Source: Felis catus (Eukaryota). From it: a DNA stretch of 64,000 bases. The position numbers and the translations under genes are program-made. The notes under the pieces are model-generated. The model was given only the letters and a program-made list of their open reading frames with translations. It was not told the origin of the DNA and searched no databases. Location of the stretch: contig NC_058368.1 in the NCBI RefSeq assembly GCF_018350175.1, forward strand, positions 139,564,001 through 139,628,000, given 5' to 3'. Positions 13,753 to 26,785 of the stretch are shown in pieces. Numbering within the stretch: the stretch's first letter is position 1; each line of letters opens with the position of its first letter.

Positions 13753-14486
13753 AATATGTGTTTTTGTTCTATTATTTAGTCATATGATCTGTTTAGAATT
13801 CAGAAATAAAATAGACTGTTGAGTTTTTTGTTATTCTAGTTAGCAGTTTTATAGGAAGAGGGAATGATTTTTTTATTTACATTTCAAAACATTTTTATAT
13901 TTAATATGAGTGACATCAGAAATATGTGTTATATTCAAGTTTATTTGTAAAGTTGAGGGAATAGGATTTGGTAATCAAAGGTATTTTTCAGCTCTCTAAT
14001 TCTGCTAACCTTCTGTTTGGGACATATACCACGTGATACCTTAAACATTTTGTAATGGAACATTTGTTAATTTTGGATCTTGAGTTGTCTTTTTGCATTA
14101 TTTAATTTTTCAAACAGATCCATGAAATTCATCAAAATTATAAGAACAGCAATAGCCACGATAGAGGTTGTACTGAAATTAGAGTTCATTTAGTGCACAT
14201 AAAGTATTTATTATGATACTGAATCCGGAATGGCATAACTGGCAGTATGTTTTACTTTAATCAAAAGTAAATCAAAGGTAAATCCACAGGTGAATTGCTT
14301 TTCTGGCAAAGAGTGGAATTGGATCCAGACTGTGGGAGGTTGACTCATCAGAGTAGCCTGGCCTTGTTAATCCCTATTTCAAAACTGATTGCTACCATTT
14401 GATAAAAGGGGATTATCATATGTAAATTAAATACAATGACTGTGCCTGGCATTGTGGTGTTGGAGACCTGGGAGGAGACAAGTTCT

Positions 14487-14509
14487 CCCCCCCCCCCCCC
14501 CCCCCCCCC
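14487..14509. repeat. C23 homopolymer
   Basis: Seen directly. Confidence 0.95.
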
Positions 14510-14699
14510 AGAGGGAGTTATTCCTGTTCTAATGCTTGGTATCACCTTGGAGTTCCTCATTTCTTTTTCCAGTAGATAGGAAAGAGTTTAATATACTAAT
14601 GTTTTCTTGTATTTGTCTACCTAGAGGAAAGGTCCCTGTGATGTATGTAGCATCAAAAATATAGGTACTTTACTAATTATACATTTAATTTTTCTCTAA

Positions 14700-14843
<144 letters not shown>

Positions 14844-14916
14844 TAACGTTTCTCATCAAATCTGTTCACTTAAATAAAATCAGTACCTTCTAATGTAACA
14901 CTGGTTTACTTTGTAG

Positions 14917-15042
<126 letters not shown>

Positions 15043-15458
15043 TAGTTTTCTTTTCCCTTCTGTATTTTCAGTTCCAGTGTTCCATATGTTCTGTTCATAT
15101 GTTCTGCTTTTTGATTTTTTTCTCCTTCCTGTTATCTTTCTACATTTTTTGTCTCTTTCATTGATGTTCCTCTTTCTTTTTTTTCCTTGTCTCTCATTTC
15201 TTTGAGGCTCCTAGTGTCTCTCCCCTAAACAGATGTTTCAAATTCCTTTGCTTTATTTCTCTTTGCAAACCTGTTTTTTTGCAACGTTTTCAGTAGTTTA
15301 GTAGGCCACTACTTTAGTCCCAGAGCAAGTGCAGGGCTTTCTTTTCATGCTGAGGGGAGACCATGAAGGATGGTGCCTGGCTATCCAGTTGCTAAGGATG
15401 AGAAGTTTAGGTGGCATTGATATGCAGAGGGTATATAATTTATAACATTTTATTTCAG

Positions 15459-15619
15459 TCTCTAGGCTTGGTTCTTGTTCATGCGCACAGTCGCTGGATA
15501 GCTGATCCTTCGCCTCAAAACAGTACGGCAGAAAATTCTAAGGTTTCTTTAGGATTGGATGAAAGTGTGTCCAAGAGAATTGAACCAAGTGTTTCCCTCT
15601 GGCAGTTTTATCTCTCTAA
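15459..15619 (+). CDS. HMGCR: HMGCR exon 9 (N281 sequon)
   Basis: tttcag/gtaagt; 161 nt; [23 protein letters not shown]... Confidence 0.98.
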
Positions 15620-15739
15620 GTAAGTTACCTGAGACCTGCTTTGTTGTGTATTAATCATAGTAGTCTAGTTACTAAAAGTTTAGGTTGTACCATTTTAATT
15701 TCTGAGTAATAACTTTTTAATTTCCTTTCTTTTATTTAG

Positions 15740-15987
15740 AATGATCAGCATGGATATTGAACAAGTTATTACCCTTAGTTTAGCTCTCCTTCTGGCTGTC
15801 AAGTACATCTTCTTTGAACAAGCTGAGACAGAATCTACACTCTCATTAAAAAACCCTATCACATCTCCTGTAGTGACCCCTAAAAAAGTCCCAGATGATT
15901 GTTGTAGACGTGAACCTGTACTGGTCAGAAATAGCCAGAAATTCCATGCAGTGGAGGAAGAGACCAGGATAAACAGAGAAAGAAAAG
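15740..15987 (+). CDS. HMGCR: HMGCR exon 10
   Basis: atttag/gtgatt; 248 nt; [27 protein letters not shown]...RERK. Confidence 0.98.
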
Positions 15988-16102
15988 GTGATTTCTTGTT
16001 CCTCTTTATTTTCCATTTTTCCAATACTGATTTGTTCAGAAGCTGAGTTCGTGTTAAAATGTATGTTCACTGTTGTGAGATTTCGTTTGGTTTCTTGAAC
16101 AG

Positions 16103-16281
16103 TTGAGGTCATAAAACCCTTAGTGGCAGAAACTGACACCTCCAGCAGAGCTACATTTGTGGTTGGTAACTCTTCCTTACTTGATACTTCACTGGAACTA
16201 GAGGCACAGGAACCTGACATTGAACTTCCCATCGAGCCTCGGCCTAATGAAGAATGTCTACAGATACTTGGGAATGCAGAG
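16103..16281 (+). CDS. HMGCR: HMGCR exon 11 (linker)
   Basis: gaacag/gtgagg; 179 nt; [12 protein letters not shown]...QILGNAE. Confidence 0.98.
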
Positions 16282-16354
16282 GTGAGGAAAATAAAGTTAA
16301 TTCAAGCTTTGTATCTTTTTGATTTTTTTAAGAAAGGAAGGAAGGAAGTTCTCG

Positions 16355-16580
16355 CTACTGAGTACTTAATAAGTTCTGGGCACCGTGTTACGTGGTTTGC
16401 AGGTAGTGGTCTTTTTTATTCCCCACAACTTTGTGAGATAGTTGGAATTACCTCCATTTTTCAGATGAGAAAGAGAAAGCTGAGGCTCCAGGAGGCGTAT
16501 TTCCCAAAGTAATACATTATTTAGGAAATGGAAAAGCAGAGATCAAGAGTCCAAGATTTACTGACTCAAGAGACAGTGCT
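16355..16580 (-). mobile_element. MIR relic in HMGCR intron 11
   Basis: ccatttttcagatgag...ctgaggct...cccaaagt, reverse MIR core. Confidence 0.65.
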
Positions 16581-17293
16581 CTTTACCCTTTACTACCGTT
16601 TGCCAGAGAGATGAGCCACTACTCTATTCTCATGTGTGTTGGGGCCTAGAAAAGGTTTCGTTCAAAAACGAGCTTCAAAGACAGAAGAAAAGTTTTTTGT
16701 TTTGTTTTCTTTTTGGTTTGCTTTTTAATAAGCTTCATGCTCACCAGACGCTTGTTTTCCTTTCTGACATCTGAGGGGGTATTCTGCCTACACGGCCGTA
16801 GGAGTTAATTCATGCTTTAGTGTGACTTTGTGTTCCATCCATATCTGCTTAATCATTCCTAATTTATGTGCACATGAGTGAGAGTAGCATCATGTTTGTT
16901 TTTCTTTCACCTTCCCTCATTGCTATTAACATGTGTGCCAATTTTTGAACTGTTTTGCTGTATACAGAGTTACCAAAACTTAGAGGGTGGCCATCAGAAT
17001 CTTAATTGTGGTTTTGTTTTGTTTTATTTTTCTATGAACTTCCCTTGCAAAATTTGGTGTTTTGGTTTTACATTTGTTTAGGGCCACATTTTTATAGAGA
17101 ATTTGCTTTCATTTTGATATTCTTATTTCCATTCAAATCATCTTTAGAACTCCAAAGTTCTTTGGGTTCTCCTCTACTGAGCATTGTTTGTATTAAATGG
17201 TGTATTTGTTATGAAGAATACGAAGTGCACTTCAAATTTTTTGTCATCCCCCTCCCACAACTCCTTCCCATTTTTTTTTTTTCATTTCTTTAG

Positions 17294-17530
<237 letters not shown>

Positions 17531-17569
17531 TAGTCTTGTAGCTTTAGTCTTCAGCTTTTTAGTCTTTTC

Positions 17570-17789
17570 TTTTTTTGTTTTTTAATTTTTTTTAAATATT
17601 TATTTCTGAGAGAGGGAGAGAGAGCACAAGCAGGGAAGGGGCAGAGAGAGAGGGAGACAGAATTGGAAACGGGCTCCAGGCTCTGGGCTGTCAGCACAGA
17701 GCCCGATGCAGGGCTCGAACTCACAAACCGTGAGATCATGACCTGAGCCAAAGTCGGACGCTTAACCAGCTGAGCCACCCAGGCGCCCC
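17570..17789 (-). mobile_element. Carnivore SINE in HMGCR intron 12
   Basis: TSD tagtctttt. Confidence 0.93.
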
Positions 17790-18076
17790 TAGTCTTTTTC
17801 TTGACTAGTCTTTTGTATGTACATAATTTTATAAAACATTTGTTTAATTACTTCACTGTAATTTTGTATTCTGCTTATGATTATAGGTCCTAGAAATTCA
17901 AAATATTTTTCCTGTTGTTTATAGTCATTGTCAATGACTTTTGTACTTTTAAATACTTACAAGGAGTAGATAAAAATGTTGAAAAATAAAGGGTTATGTT
18001 TGAAAACAGTTTTGGATGAGAAGGGCTGTGTATTTGTGATAGCAATTTTCACTCAGTACCTGACTTCCCCTTTTAG

Positions 18077-18265
<189 letters not shown>

Positions 18266-18359
18266 TAAGATATGCACTAGGCCAGGCAATGAGAAGAGAT
18301 CTGAGGCCAAGCAGAAGTGTTTTCAGGATTAACGTGCTTCCGTAACGTCCTCTGCATAG

Positions 18360-18575
<216 letters not shown>

Positions 18576-18789
18576 TGATCGCTAAACATAACTGTCGACA
18601 TACTGCCTGCTTCGGGTGATGTACCAAAATCTGAACTTTAAGTCCATTTATTCAAAATGAGTACTATTTACCCTTGGGGCAGAATGTTGGTCCAAATGAA
18701 TACCTCCAGAGGAGTAAATAGGGAAAAATAGTGTGATCTAGTAAGTTTGTGTGTTGGTTTTATAAGACTCAGGTTTTGTTTTTTTGGGT

Positions 18790-19332
18790 TTTTGGTTTAT
18801 TTAGTTTTTTGTTTTTTATTTTGTTTTTTTGATGTGTATTCATTTTTGAGAGAGAGAGAGACAGAGGGTGAGTCATTTTTGACAGAGAGAGAGAGAGAGA
18901 GAGACAGAGGGTGAGCAGGGGAGGGGCAGGGCAGAAAGAGAGGGAGACACAGAGTCCAAAGCAGGCTCCAGACTCTGACCTGTCAGCACAGGGCCTGATG
19001 CGGGGCTCAAATTCACTAGCCATGAGATCATGACCTGAGCTGAAGTTGGACGCTTACCAGATTGAGCCACCCAGGTACCCCTATTTTGGTTTTTTTGTTT
19101 CAGTTTTTTTTTTTAATTTTTTTTTTTTAACATTTATTTATTTTTGAGACAGAGAGAGACAGAGCATGAACGGGGGAGGGGCAGAGAGAGAGGGAGACAC
19201 AGAATCGGAAGCAGGCTCCAGGCTCTGGGCCATCAGCCCCAGAGCCTGACGCGGGGCTCGAACTCACGGACCGCAAGATCGTGACCTGAGCTGAAGTCGG
19301 ACGCTCAACCGACTGAGCCACCCAGGCACCCC
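18790..19332 (-). mobile_element. Two tandem reverse SINEs (~18790-19081 and ~19104-19332) in HMGCR intron 14
   Basis: Two full SINE bodies; the second has TSD tgtttcagttttt. Confidence 0.93.
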
Positions 19333-19339
19333 TGTTTCA

Positions 19340-19517
19340 GTTTTTATTTAAATGTTAGTAAGTTAACATATAGTTGTAATATTGGTTTCAGAAGTAGAAT
19401 TCATTGATTCATCACTTATAATACCCAAGGCTCATCACAAGTGCCCTCCTTAATGCCCACCCCCACCCACTTCTCTCCATCAGCCCTCAGTTTGTTCTCT
19501 ATCATGAAGAATCTCTA
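19340..19517 (-). mobile_element. Carnivore L1 3'-end fragment
   Basis: gattcatcactta...ctcatcacaagtgccctccttaatgccc...ccctcagtttgttctct; homologous to the copy at 62881-63257. Confidence 0.8.
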
Positions 19518-19740
19518 GGGATTCCTGGGTGGCTCAGTCAGTTAAGTGTCAACTCTGGATTTTGGCTCACGTCATGATCTCATGGCTTGTGAGATTGAGC
19601 CCGAGTCAGGCTCTGTGCCAAATATCTGGAGTCTGCTTGGGACTCTCTCTCCCTCTCTCTCTGCCTCTCCCCGACTCGTGTGCACATGCACTGTCTCTCT
19701 CTTTCTCAAAACAAATAATAAACATTAAAAAAGAAAAAGA
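19518..19740 (+). mobile_element. Carnivore SINE
   Basis: cctgggtggctcagtcagttaag... (CT)n, A tail. Confidence 0.9.
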
Positions 19741-19839
19741 ATGAAACAGTTGAATTAGAAATCTCCATGAGTATTCTCTTATGTGTAAAATCAGCTAAAG
19801 TAGATTTTTAAGATAACTTGCATCTTCTTAACAAAATAA

Positions 19840-20085
<246 letters not shown>

Positions 20086-20589
20086 TGAATTTGGTGCCGT
20101 GTGCATATACTAATTCAAAGGGTTCATTGATGGAAAGATTTTTATTGAAAGCTAAATCTTGATTCATGTAACTTATCAGGCATTTATTGGCTCTGATATA
20201 TTTTTGTATTTGATATGTTTAATTTAGATGGAGTATTATGCATGTTCTGGGCCTACTCAGAAGGGGTGGGAGGATTCTTGGGGTTACTGTTCCTTGGCTT
20301 TGTCCTATAAACTTTGAAAGCTCACCTCTTTTAGAGACCTCAAGACTTGCATTTAAGAGGCCAAGTTCTTGCATGTAGTCCATTTATCTCCTTAGAAGAA
20401 TATTGTGTATGGTTTACATTTTATTCTACTGATGTTTTCTGATTTACAGATACTATTTTTTATTTACAAATATTCACAAATGTAAAATGTTAAAGTCAAT
20501 TAGGTTAGCAAGATTTATTTTGTAGTTTAACCAGAGAGAGAAGAGGGGGGAATAATGACTAAAAACTTAAGTTTTAAAAGTTGCCAATA

Positions 20590-21170
20590 AATAGTATAGT
20601 GGTTCCTCAAAAAATTAAAAATAGAATTATGATCCAGCAATTCCACTTCTGGGTATTTACCCAAAAGAGTTGAAAACTAGGTTTCAGAGACTTATTTGTG
20701 CCCCTCTGTTCATAGCAGCAGCATTCACAGTAGCAGAGAGGTAGAAACAACCCAAGTGTTCATGGACAGATGAATGGATAAATAAAATGTTGTGTGTACA
20801 TATAATGAGATATTATTAAACCCTAACAAAATAGGAAATTTTGACATGCTAGATGAACCTTGAGGTTCACTTGCTAAGTTAAATAATCTGGCTAATAAAA
20901 AAGACAAATACTATGCAAATTCACACTTGCGAAGTACCTAGATTAGTTAAATTCATAAAGACAGAAAGTGGAAGGGTAGTTGCCAGGGGCTGAGGAGAAA
21001 GGGAAATAGGGAGTTGTTTAATGGGTTTGGAGTTTCAATTTTGCAAGACAAAAGAGTTCTGGAGATTGGCTGTACCGACAGTGTGAATGGACTTAACCCT
21101 GATGAACTGTACACTTGAAAATAGTTAAGATGGTAACTTCTATGTTATATGTATTTTACCACAGTTGAAA
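20590..21170 (+). mobile_element. Old L1 (L1M-type) 3' fragment in HMGCR intron 15
   Basis: gatccagcaattccacttctgggtatttacccaaa...tgaactgtacacttgaaaatagttaagatgg, typical L1M 3' end. Confidence 0.85.
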
Positions 21171-21571
21171 CAGTTTTTTTAATTGCCAGTTAGTATGTTG
21201 GGCTACTGAGATATGGGTTGTTAACTGAATTAATTTCACTTAATTGGAAGTCTTGTTTACAGTTTTGTAAGGTAAATCCCAATGACTTCCCATTAACCAC
21301 AGGATTTACTTTTATGTCTGACTTCTCTTTGCAGACTTGCTAACTTGGGTTTTTAGGTAACAATTTAATAACTAGAAGAGAGAATTTATTACTTGTTGAT
21401 CATGGGTTGAGTTACTACCAGTGACATGATGATGAGTATTATATTCTCACTGAATATTTTTTAATTCATTTTTTAATTTTACTATTCTCATTATTTCCCA
21501 TCTACATCCTGTTCACCCGTGACTATGAAGAACTTTGTTTTCATTCTTAGAAAGAAACATAGGAGTCTTAT

Positions 21572-21784
21572 TTCTTTTCTTTTAATGTTTATTTTTGAGA
21601 GAGACACACACACATAGTGTAAGCAGGGGAAGAGCCGAGAGAGAGGGAGACACAGAATCTGAAGCAGGCCCCAGGCTCTGAGCTGTCAGTACAGAGCCTG
21701 ACGCAGGGCTCAAACTTACAAGAGGTAGATCATGACCTGAGCCAAAGTCGGACACTTAATCCACTGAGCCACCCAGGCGCCCCC
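21572..21784 (-). mobile_element. Carnivore SINE in HMGCR intron 15
   Basis: TSD ataggagtct. Confidence 0.92.
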
Positions 21785-21982
21785 ATAGGAGTCTATTTCT
21801 GACTGAGAAGTTAGTCACTGTGATGGTTAATGAAACTTTTATTTTATGCTCACTTCCTTTGAAGTATATCATATTTAGAAATATTGTAGTTACTGTGTTT
21901 ATAAGTATTAGTATTACTAGATACAAATAAAGCCTCTGATCTATCAATAGCTTTGTACATTTTAATTTTGTTGTGTTGTTGA

Positions 21983-22195
<213 letters not shown>

Positions 22196-22466
22196 TAAAA
22201 ATTGGGAAAGGAATATTAACATTCTAAGTGAAGTTTAACATATGGACGGACGTGTTATGTTAAAGATGACTGTGGGATCACATCTTGCCCACCTGTGTGT
22301 GGTATTCACAGGAACAAGCTTTACTGATACTCTTCACTGAGGACAAGGCCTCAGTGGGGCCGTATCTGAACTCTGTCGGTTTCCGGAGGACAGAAAGATA
22401 GAGCTGGGTAACATGCCCTGAGTCTTCTGGGAGAACATGTAAAATGTGCACAACTCTGTTTGCTAG

Positions 22467-22607
22467 GTATTAAAGACGACTACGGAAGCTATGATTGAGG
22501 TCAACATTAGTAAGAATCTGGTGGGCTCTGCCATGGCCGGGAGCATTGGAGGTTACAACGCCCATGCGGCGAACATCGTAACCGCCATCTACATTGCCTG
22601 TGGACAG
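22467..22607 (+). CDS. HMGCR: HMGCR exon 17
   Basis: tgctag/gtgagg; 141 nt; [47 protein letters not shown]. Confidence 0.98.
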
Positions 22608-22691
22608 GTGAGGGCTCCAGCCTCTCCTTCTCTTGTCTTGGGTTGTTCTAAGTTGAGAGAAGTTTTATACTTCTCCTTTTTATTTTTTCAG

Positions 22692-22850
22692 GATGCAGCA
22701 CAGAATGTTGGTAGTTCAAACTGTATTACTTTGATGGAAGCAAGCGGCCCCACGAATGAAGATCTGTATATCAGCTGCACCATGCCGTCTATAGAAATAG
22801 GAACTGTGGGCGGTGGGACCAACCTGCTCCCTCAGCAAGCTTGTTTGCAG
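22692..22850 (+). CDS. HMGCR: HMGCR exon 18 (D767, GTVGGGT)
   Basis: tttcag/gtatga; 159 nt; [53 protein letters not shown]. Confidence 0.98.
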
Positions 22851-23085
22851 GTATGACGCCTCAGCCCCAAAGCCAGACCTCAGGCCAGTTCTGACTTGCT
22901 GGGTCACCAGCAAGGCCAGAACCTCAGGCCAGTTCTGACTTGCTGGGATTCTCTGTTTCTGCCTGACATCCCATGTCACTCAGCTGTATTTTAGCTGGTC
23001 TTGTCATTCTTTTGCTTCTGACCAGCCTAACCCATTGTGTCGAAGCAAGCATGTTGAGACGTGTGCTTAGTAAATGAGAAGGTAG

Positions 23086-23484
<399 letters not shown>

Positions 23485-23628
23485 TAAGACTTACAGATTT
23501 ACTTAACATGTTTTCCTGTACTTAAAAATGCAGTACAAAAAACCTACTACTCACAGACAATAGTCCTAACTTAAAATTCTGCATTCCTGATACTTTATAT
23601 ATTCCTGCTTTGTCTTTTTCTGCCATAG

Positions 23629-23683
23629 GTCAAAGATAAATTTACAAGACCTCCAAGGAACTGGCACTAAGAACACTGCTTGA
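23629..23683 (+). CDS. HMGCR: HMGCR exon 20 coding part (AMPK site S872 at 23630-23632; TGA 23681-23683)
   Basis: ccatag acceptor; SKINLQDLQGTGTKNTA*. Confidence 0.97.
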
Positions 23684-25085
23684 ATAGTCTGACAGATCTG
23701 AACTGAAACACGGGCATTGGGTTCTAAAGGACTAACATAAAATCTGTGAATTAAAAAGCTCAGTGCGGTGTTATGTTGAGGATGAATAGACATGATCTGT
23801 GAGGTGACTGCTTGGTGTTTGGCTCTTTCAGGGATCCTTCTTTCCATGCAGATTTCTCGGATCTGAAAATAGTGTAGTGCTTTATGTGCTGTGCTCTCTG
23901 GAAGGAAAGATCTCAACATGGATATCATGCTCTGAACATCACAGATTGTAACCTACAGCTCACTTCTGAAAGAGAATACGAGATGGAAACAAGTGTTTTC
24001 TTTTGATGAAATCCATGGAGTTCGTGGTGATTAGTGTGAGATTGACCCTTCTCTCCATCCTCCCCTCCCTCCTGGTTGAAAATGGAGTTTTAAATTATAC
24101 TGTAGCTGACAAACTGATTTCATAATTAATTTATTGAGTCTGGGTTATAGAACTTAAATAAGAGCTAAGTTTATTTTTTGTAAACTAATAATTCATTTGG
24201 TGCTGGTCTCTTTTGATTTCTTTTTGGGTAGCCATTGTGATTCTTCAGAAGGGGGCCTACTTTCTTCAAGGGAAGAATTACTCTTATTCCCAAACTACTG
24301 AATAATGTGCTAAGCAGTGCTAATAGTTCTCTGTCAAGAAAACAAATCACTGCATTCATCTCTGTAGGCTATTTGTTCAGAGAGGCCTCTTGTCTAAATA
24401 TAAAGGTCTGTCTCGATTGCTAGAACATTTCTTGTAGTGTAAGACTTTAAGAAACAAGAGTTTTGCACTCTTAAATATACGAGAGCTCTTAATATTGCTT
24501 AGACAAAGGGGACTCTCTTTATCAAGAACGTACAAGTCTGACCTCTGAGAGCTCAGAGGTTGGAAAACACAGGCTTGAAAAAAATGCCGTTTCTCTAAGC
24601 CAACTTTAATTTCTTAAAAGACTTAAATTTATTTAGCTGAAAAATCTAGGTGGTTTTTTTGTAAAGAACTGTATCAAATCTGTATATGTTGTAATAAAAC
24701 TTCTTATGCTAGGAGTTTATTGAAAGTGTTCAAGAAATAAATAAAAATCAACTTGTGTACTGATAAGACACTCTAAGCTTGGGCCAGAAAACAGAGGTGT
24801 TTAATGTTGTCCAGGAAACCCTGGCTTGCCTTTCAAGCCCAGTGAAAGGGAAAGTCAGCTTTCAGAGCCAGTGAAGGTGCCACATGAATGGCCCTGGAGG
24901 AGCATACTTTGTTCCTGTGGCCAGGAGGTTGGTGACCAAAACATTCACACAAGGCTCTTTGGATAGACCCATAAAGGCTCTTTGCTTCCTCAGGGGGTCA
25001 GCAGAGTTGTTGAATCTTAACGTTTTTTTAATGTACAAGTTTTGTATAAATAATAAAGAACTCCTTATTTTATATTACATCTAAT
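23684..25085 (+). terminator. HMGCR: HMGCR 3' UTR with tandem polyadenylation signals (ATTAAA 23750; AATAAA 24693, 24736, 25052)
   Basis: Repeat-free AT-rich stretch after the stop, with hexamers seen directly. Cleavage sites are not determinable and the UTR may run to about 25440. Confidence 0.7.
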
Positions 25086-26635
25086 GTTTCAAGTGTTGGT
25101 CTTGGAGAGAGAAGATGGACTCTGAAGGACATTCCAGTAATGCCGTGGCAGCATGGAGAGCCTCTGAGTGATTGTGTCTGCATTACTGTTGTGGAAGATT
25201 GACCTTTGCTGTTGTATGTAAAGTTTAAATTGCTTCCGTTGTGACTTGCAGCCAGTGACTTCTTATTTATCCGAACTTTTCATGGAAGTGGCAGTGAAAA
25301 GTGTGAGTCTTCATTCTGGTGACTGTAACCAATATTGTCTTGCTAAATGAATGTTTTGTACAATTACTGAATTGTATACATTTTGTTATACTTTTTTCCC
25401 AGTTCCAGTAAATTATGAAAAGGAGGTTAATATTGATTAGTGTAAGCAGTAACCTTTTTTTGTTTGGACTGACCGTTGGCCTGAGGCCTGAAAGCTTGAA
25501 AGTCAGGCCAGAGTGGTAACCTGAATACTCCCACTGGGTGTCCCATGACCATTTATTATTCTTCGTCATATGCTCCAATTCCTACAGCATTAATGGCAGG
25601 CCAGTGTTGTATGTGCATTACATTACTTTCTTTATACTTTAAGAGAGTTTGTTGTATGTGCATTACATTACTTTCTGTATACTTGAGAGTTTGATTAGTT
25701 CAGATTGATCTCCCAGCTGGACCATTTTTGGATATTGGGAATGTGAGGGTTAGTTGAGAGGAATGCGGCAAAAGATTAGGCAGCCAAAACCAAATGGCCA
25801 CTGTACATTTCAGCTGTATCAGCTGACTGGGGGAGTAGAGTTTAGCAAAGCTGAAGTTGGCCTCTTTCAAGGCTGATTGCCATTTACTTGGAATTGATTG
25901 ATTGCCCTTCTGCTATAGTTGGAGGTGAAAGGGGAGTATGAATTACTTAAGAACCAAGGCCCAGATGCTAGAAAATCAGTTTGAATTTTTTTCCTGAAAA
26001 TGACATGTGATCACTTGTAGGGTCAACCCCCTCCAGAGTGAAGCAGGCTGGACAGGTGACCGTGGAGAGTTTTCAATGCCCTTATCTACTGGGTGATGGA
26101 TGAGCAGTGAGCTGCATGTGGCAGGACAGGATTTTTTCCTCCTCTTAGGAGAGGATAGAGAATTAAATTCAAAGGAACATCGTAAGAGGACACAGAACAG
26201 CAAAACACATCAAATACAAATCCACTGTGTGCAGAAGGTTGAAATAAGGGTGGCAAAGTCATTATAGAATTGTTTTGAAGACTAATATTTTTCAAAAACT
26301 ATCTGTTACGGATAAGACTTGAATTTATTGATAATGAACTTTGCCCAGTCAGCAAAAATAATGAATGGATAACCTCTACACTGGAAGTCGAGAGAGCATG
26401 GCAAATGATTTAGTTTACAATTACACTTGAACAGATTACCTTTTCATTGTGATGTACACGGAACACACCACCCTCTTGTTTTCCTTTCCTTCCTGAGCAA
26501 GTTTGATGGGAGGCACGGGTACCAGATTGTCACAGAACACGTGAACAGTTCTCAAGCAGCTGCTCCCTAAGGCCAATACAAGAGCCCTGGGCTAACGGCT
26601 GGATTTAGGAGGTAGAGCATGAGAGTGTTCTCATC

Positions 26636-26785
26636 CAGTGCTTCTCCAACTTGAGTGTGCAGCACACTCACCTGGAGGACTTGTCCGTACAGAGTGCCGG
26701 GCCCCACCCCCAGAGTTTCTGATCCCCTTGGTCTGGGGTGGGGCCAGAACATGACAGTTACCTTGCAGCTGCTGCTGCTCTACCA
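26636..26785. mobile_element. MER5A-like hAT-Charlie MITE
   Basis: cagtgcttctccaacttgag...tcacctggag...gggccccacccccagagtttctgat...ggtctggggtggggcc. Confidence 0.8.

Noticed and set aside
15695..16232. Antisense ORFs over HMGCR exons 10-11 (and similar ones at 18053-18542, 22716-22979, 23566-23928)
   Set aside because: Shadow frames of real exons with no independent coding signal.
18604..18636. Faint resemblance to the U6 snRNA 5' end (tgcctgcttcgg...taccaaaatctgaac)
   Set aside because: Only about 30 nt with several mismatches and a gap, and no continuation or TSD. An Infernal search with the U6 model would settle it.
21426..21453. ATGATGA...CTGA resembling C/D-box snoRNA motifs
   Set aside because: The boxes are only about 20 nt apart, with no terminal stem or guide region.
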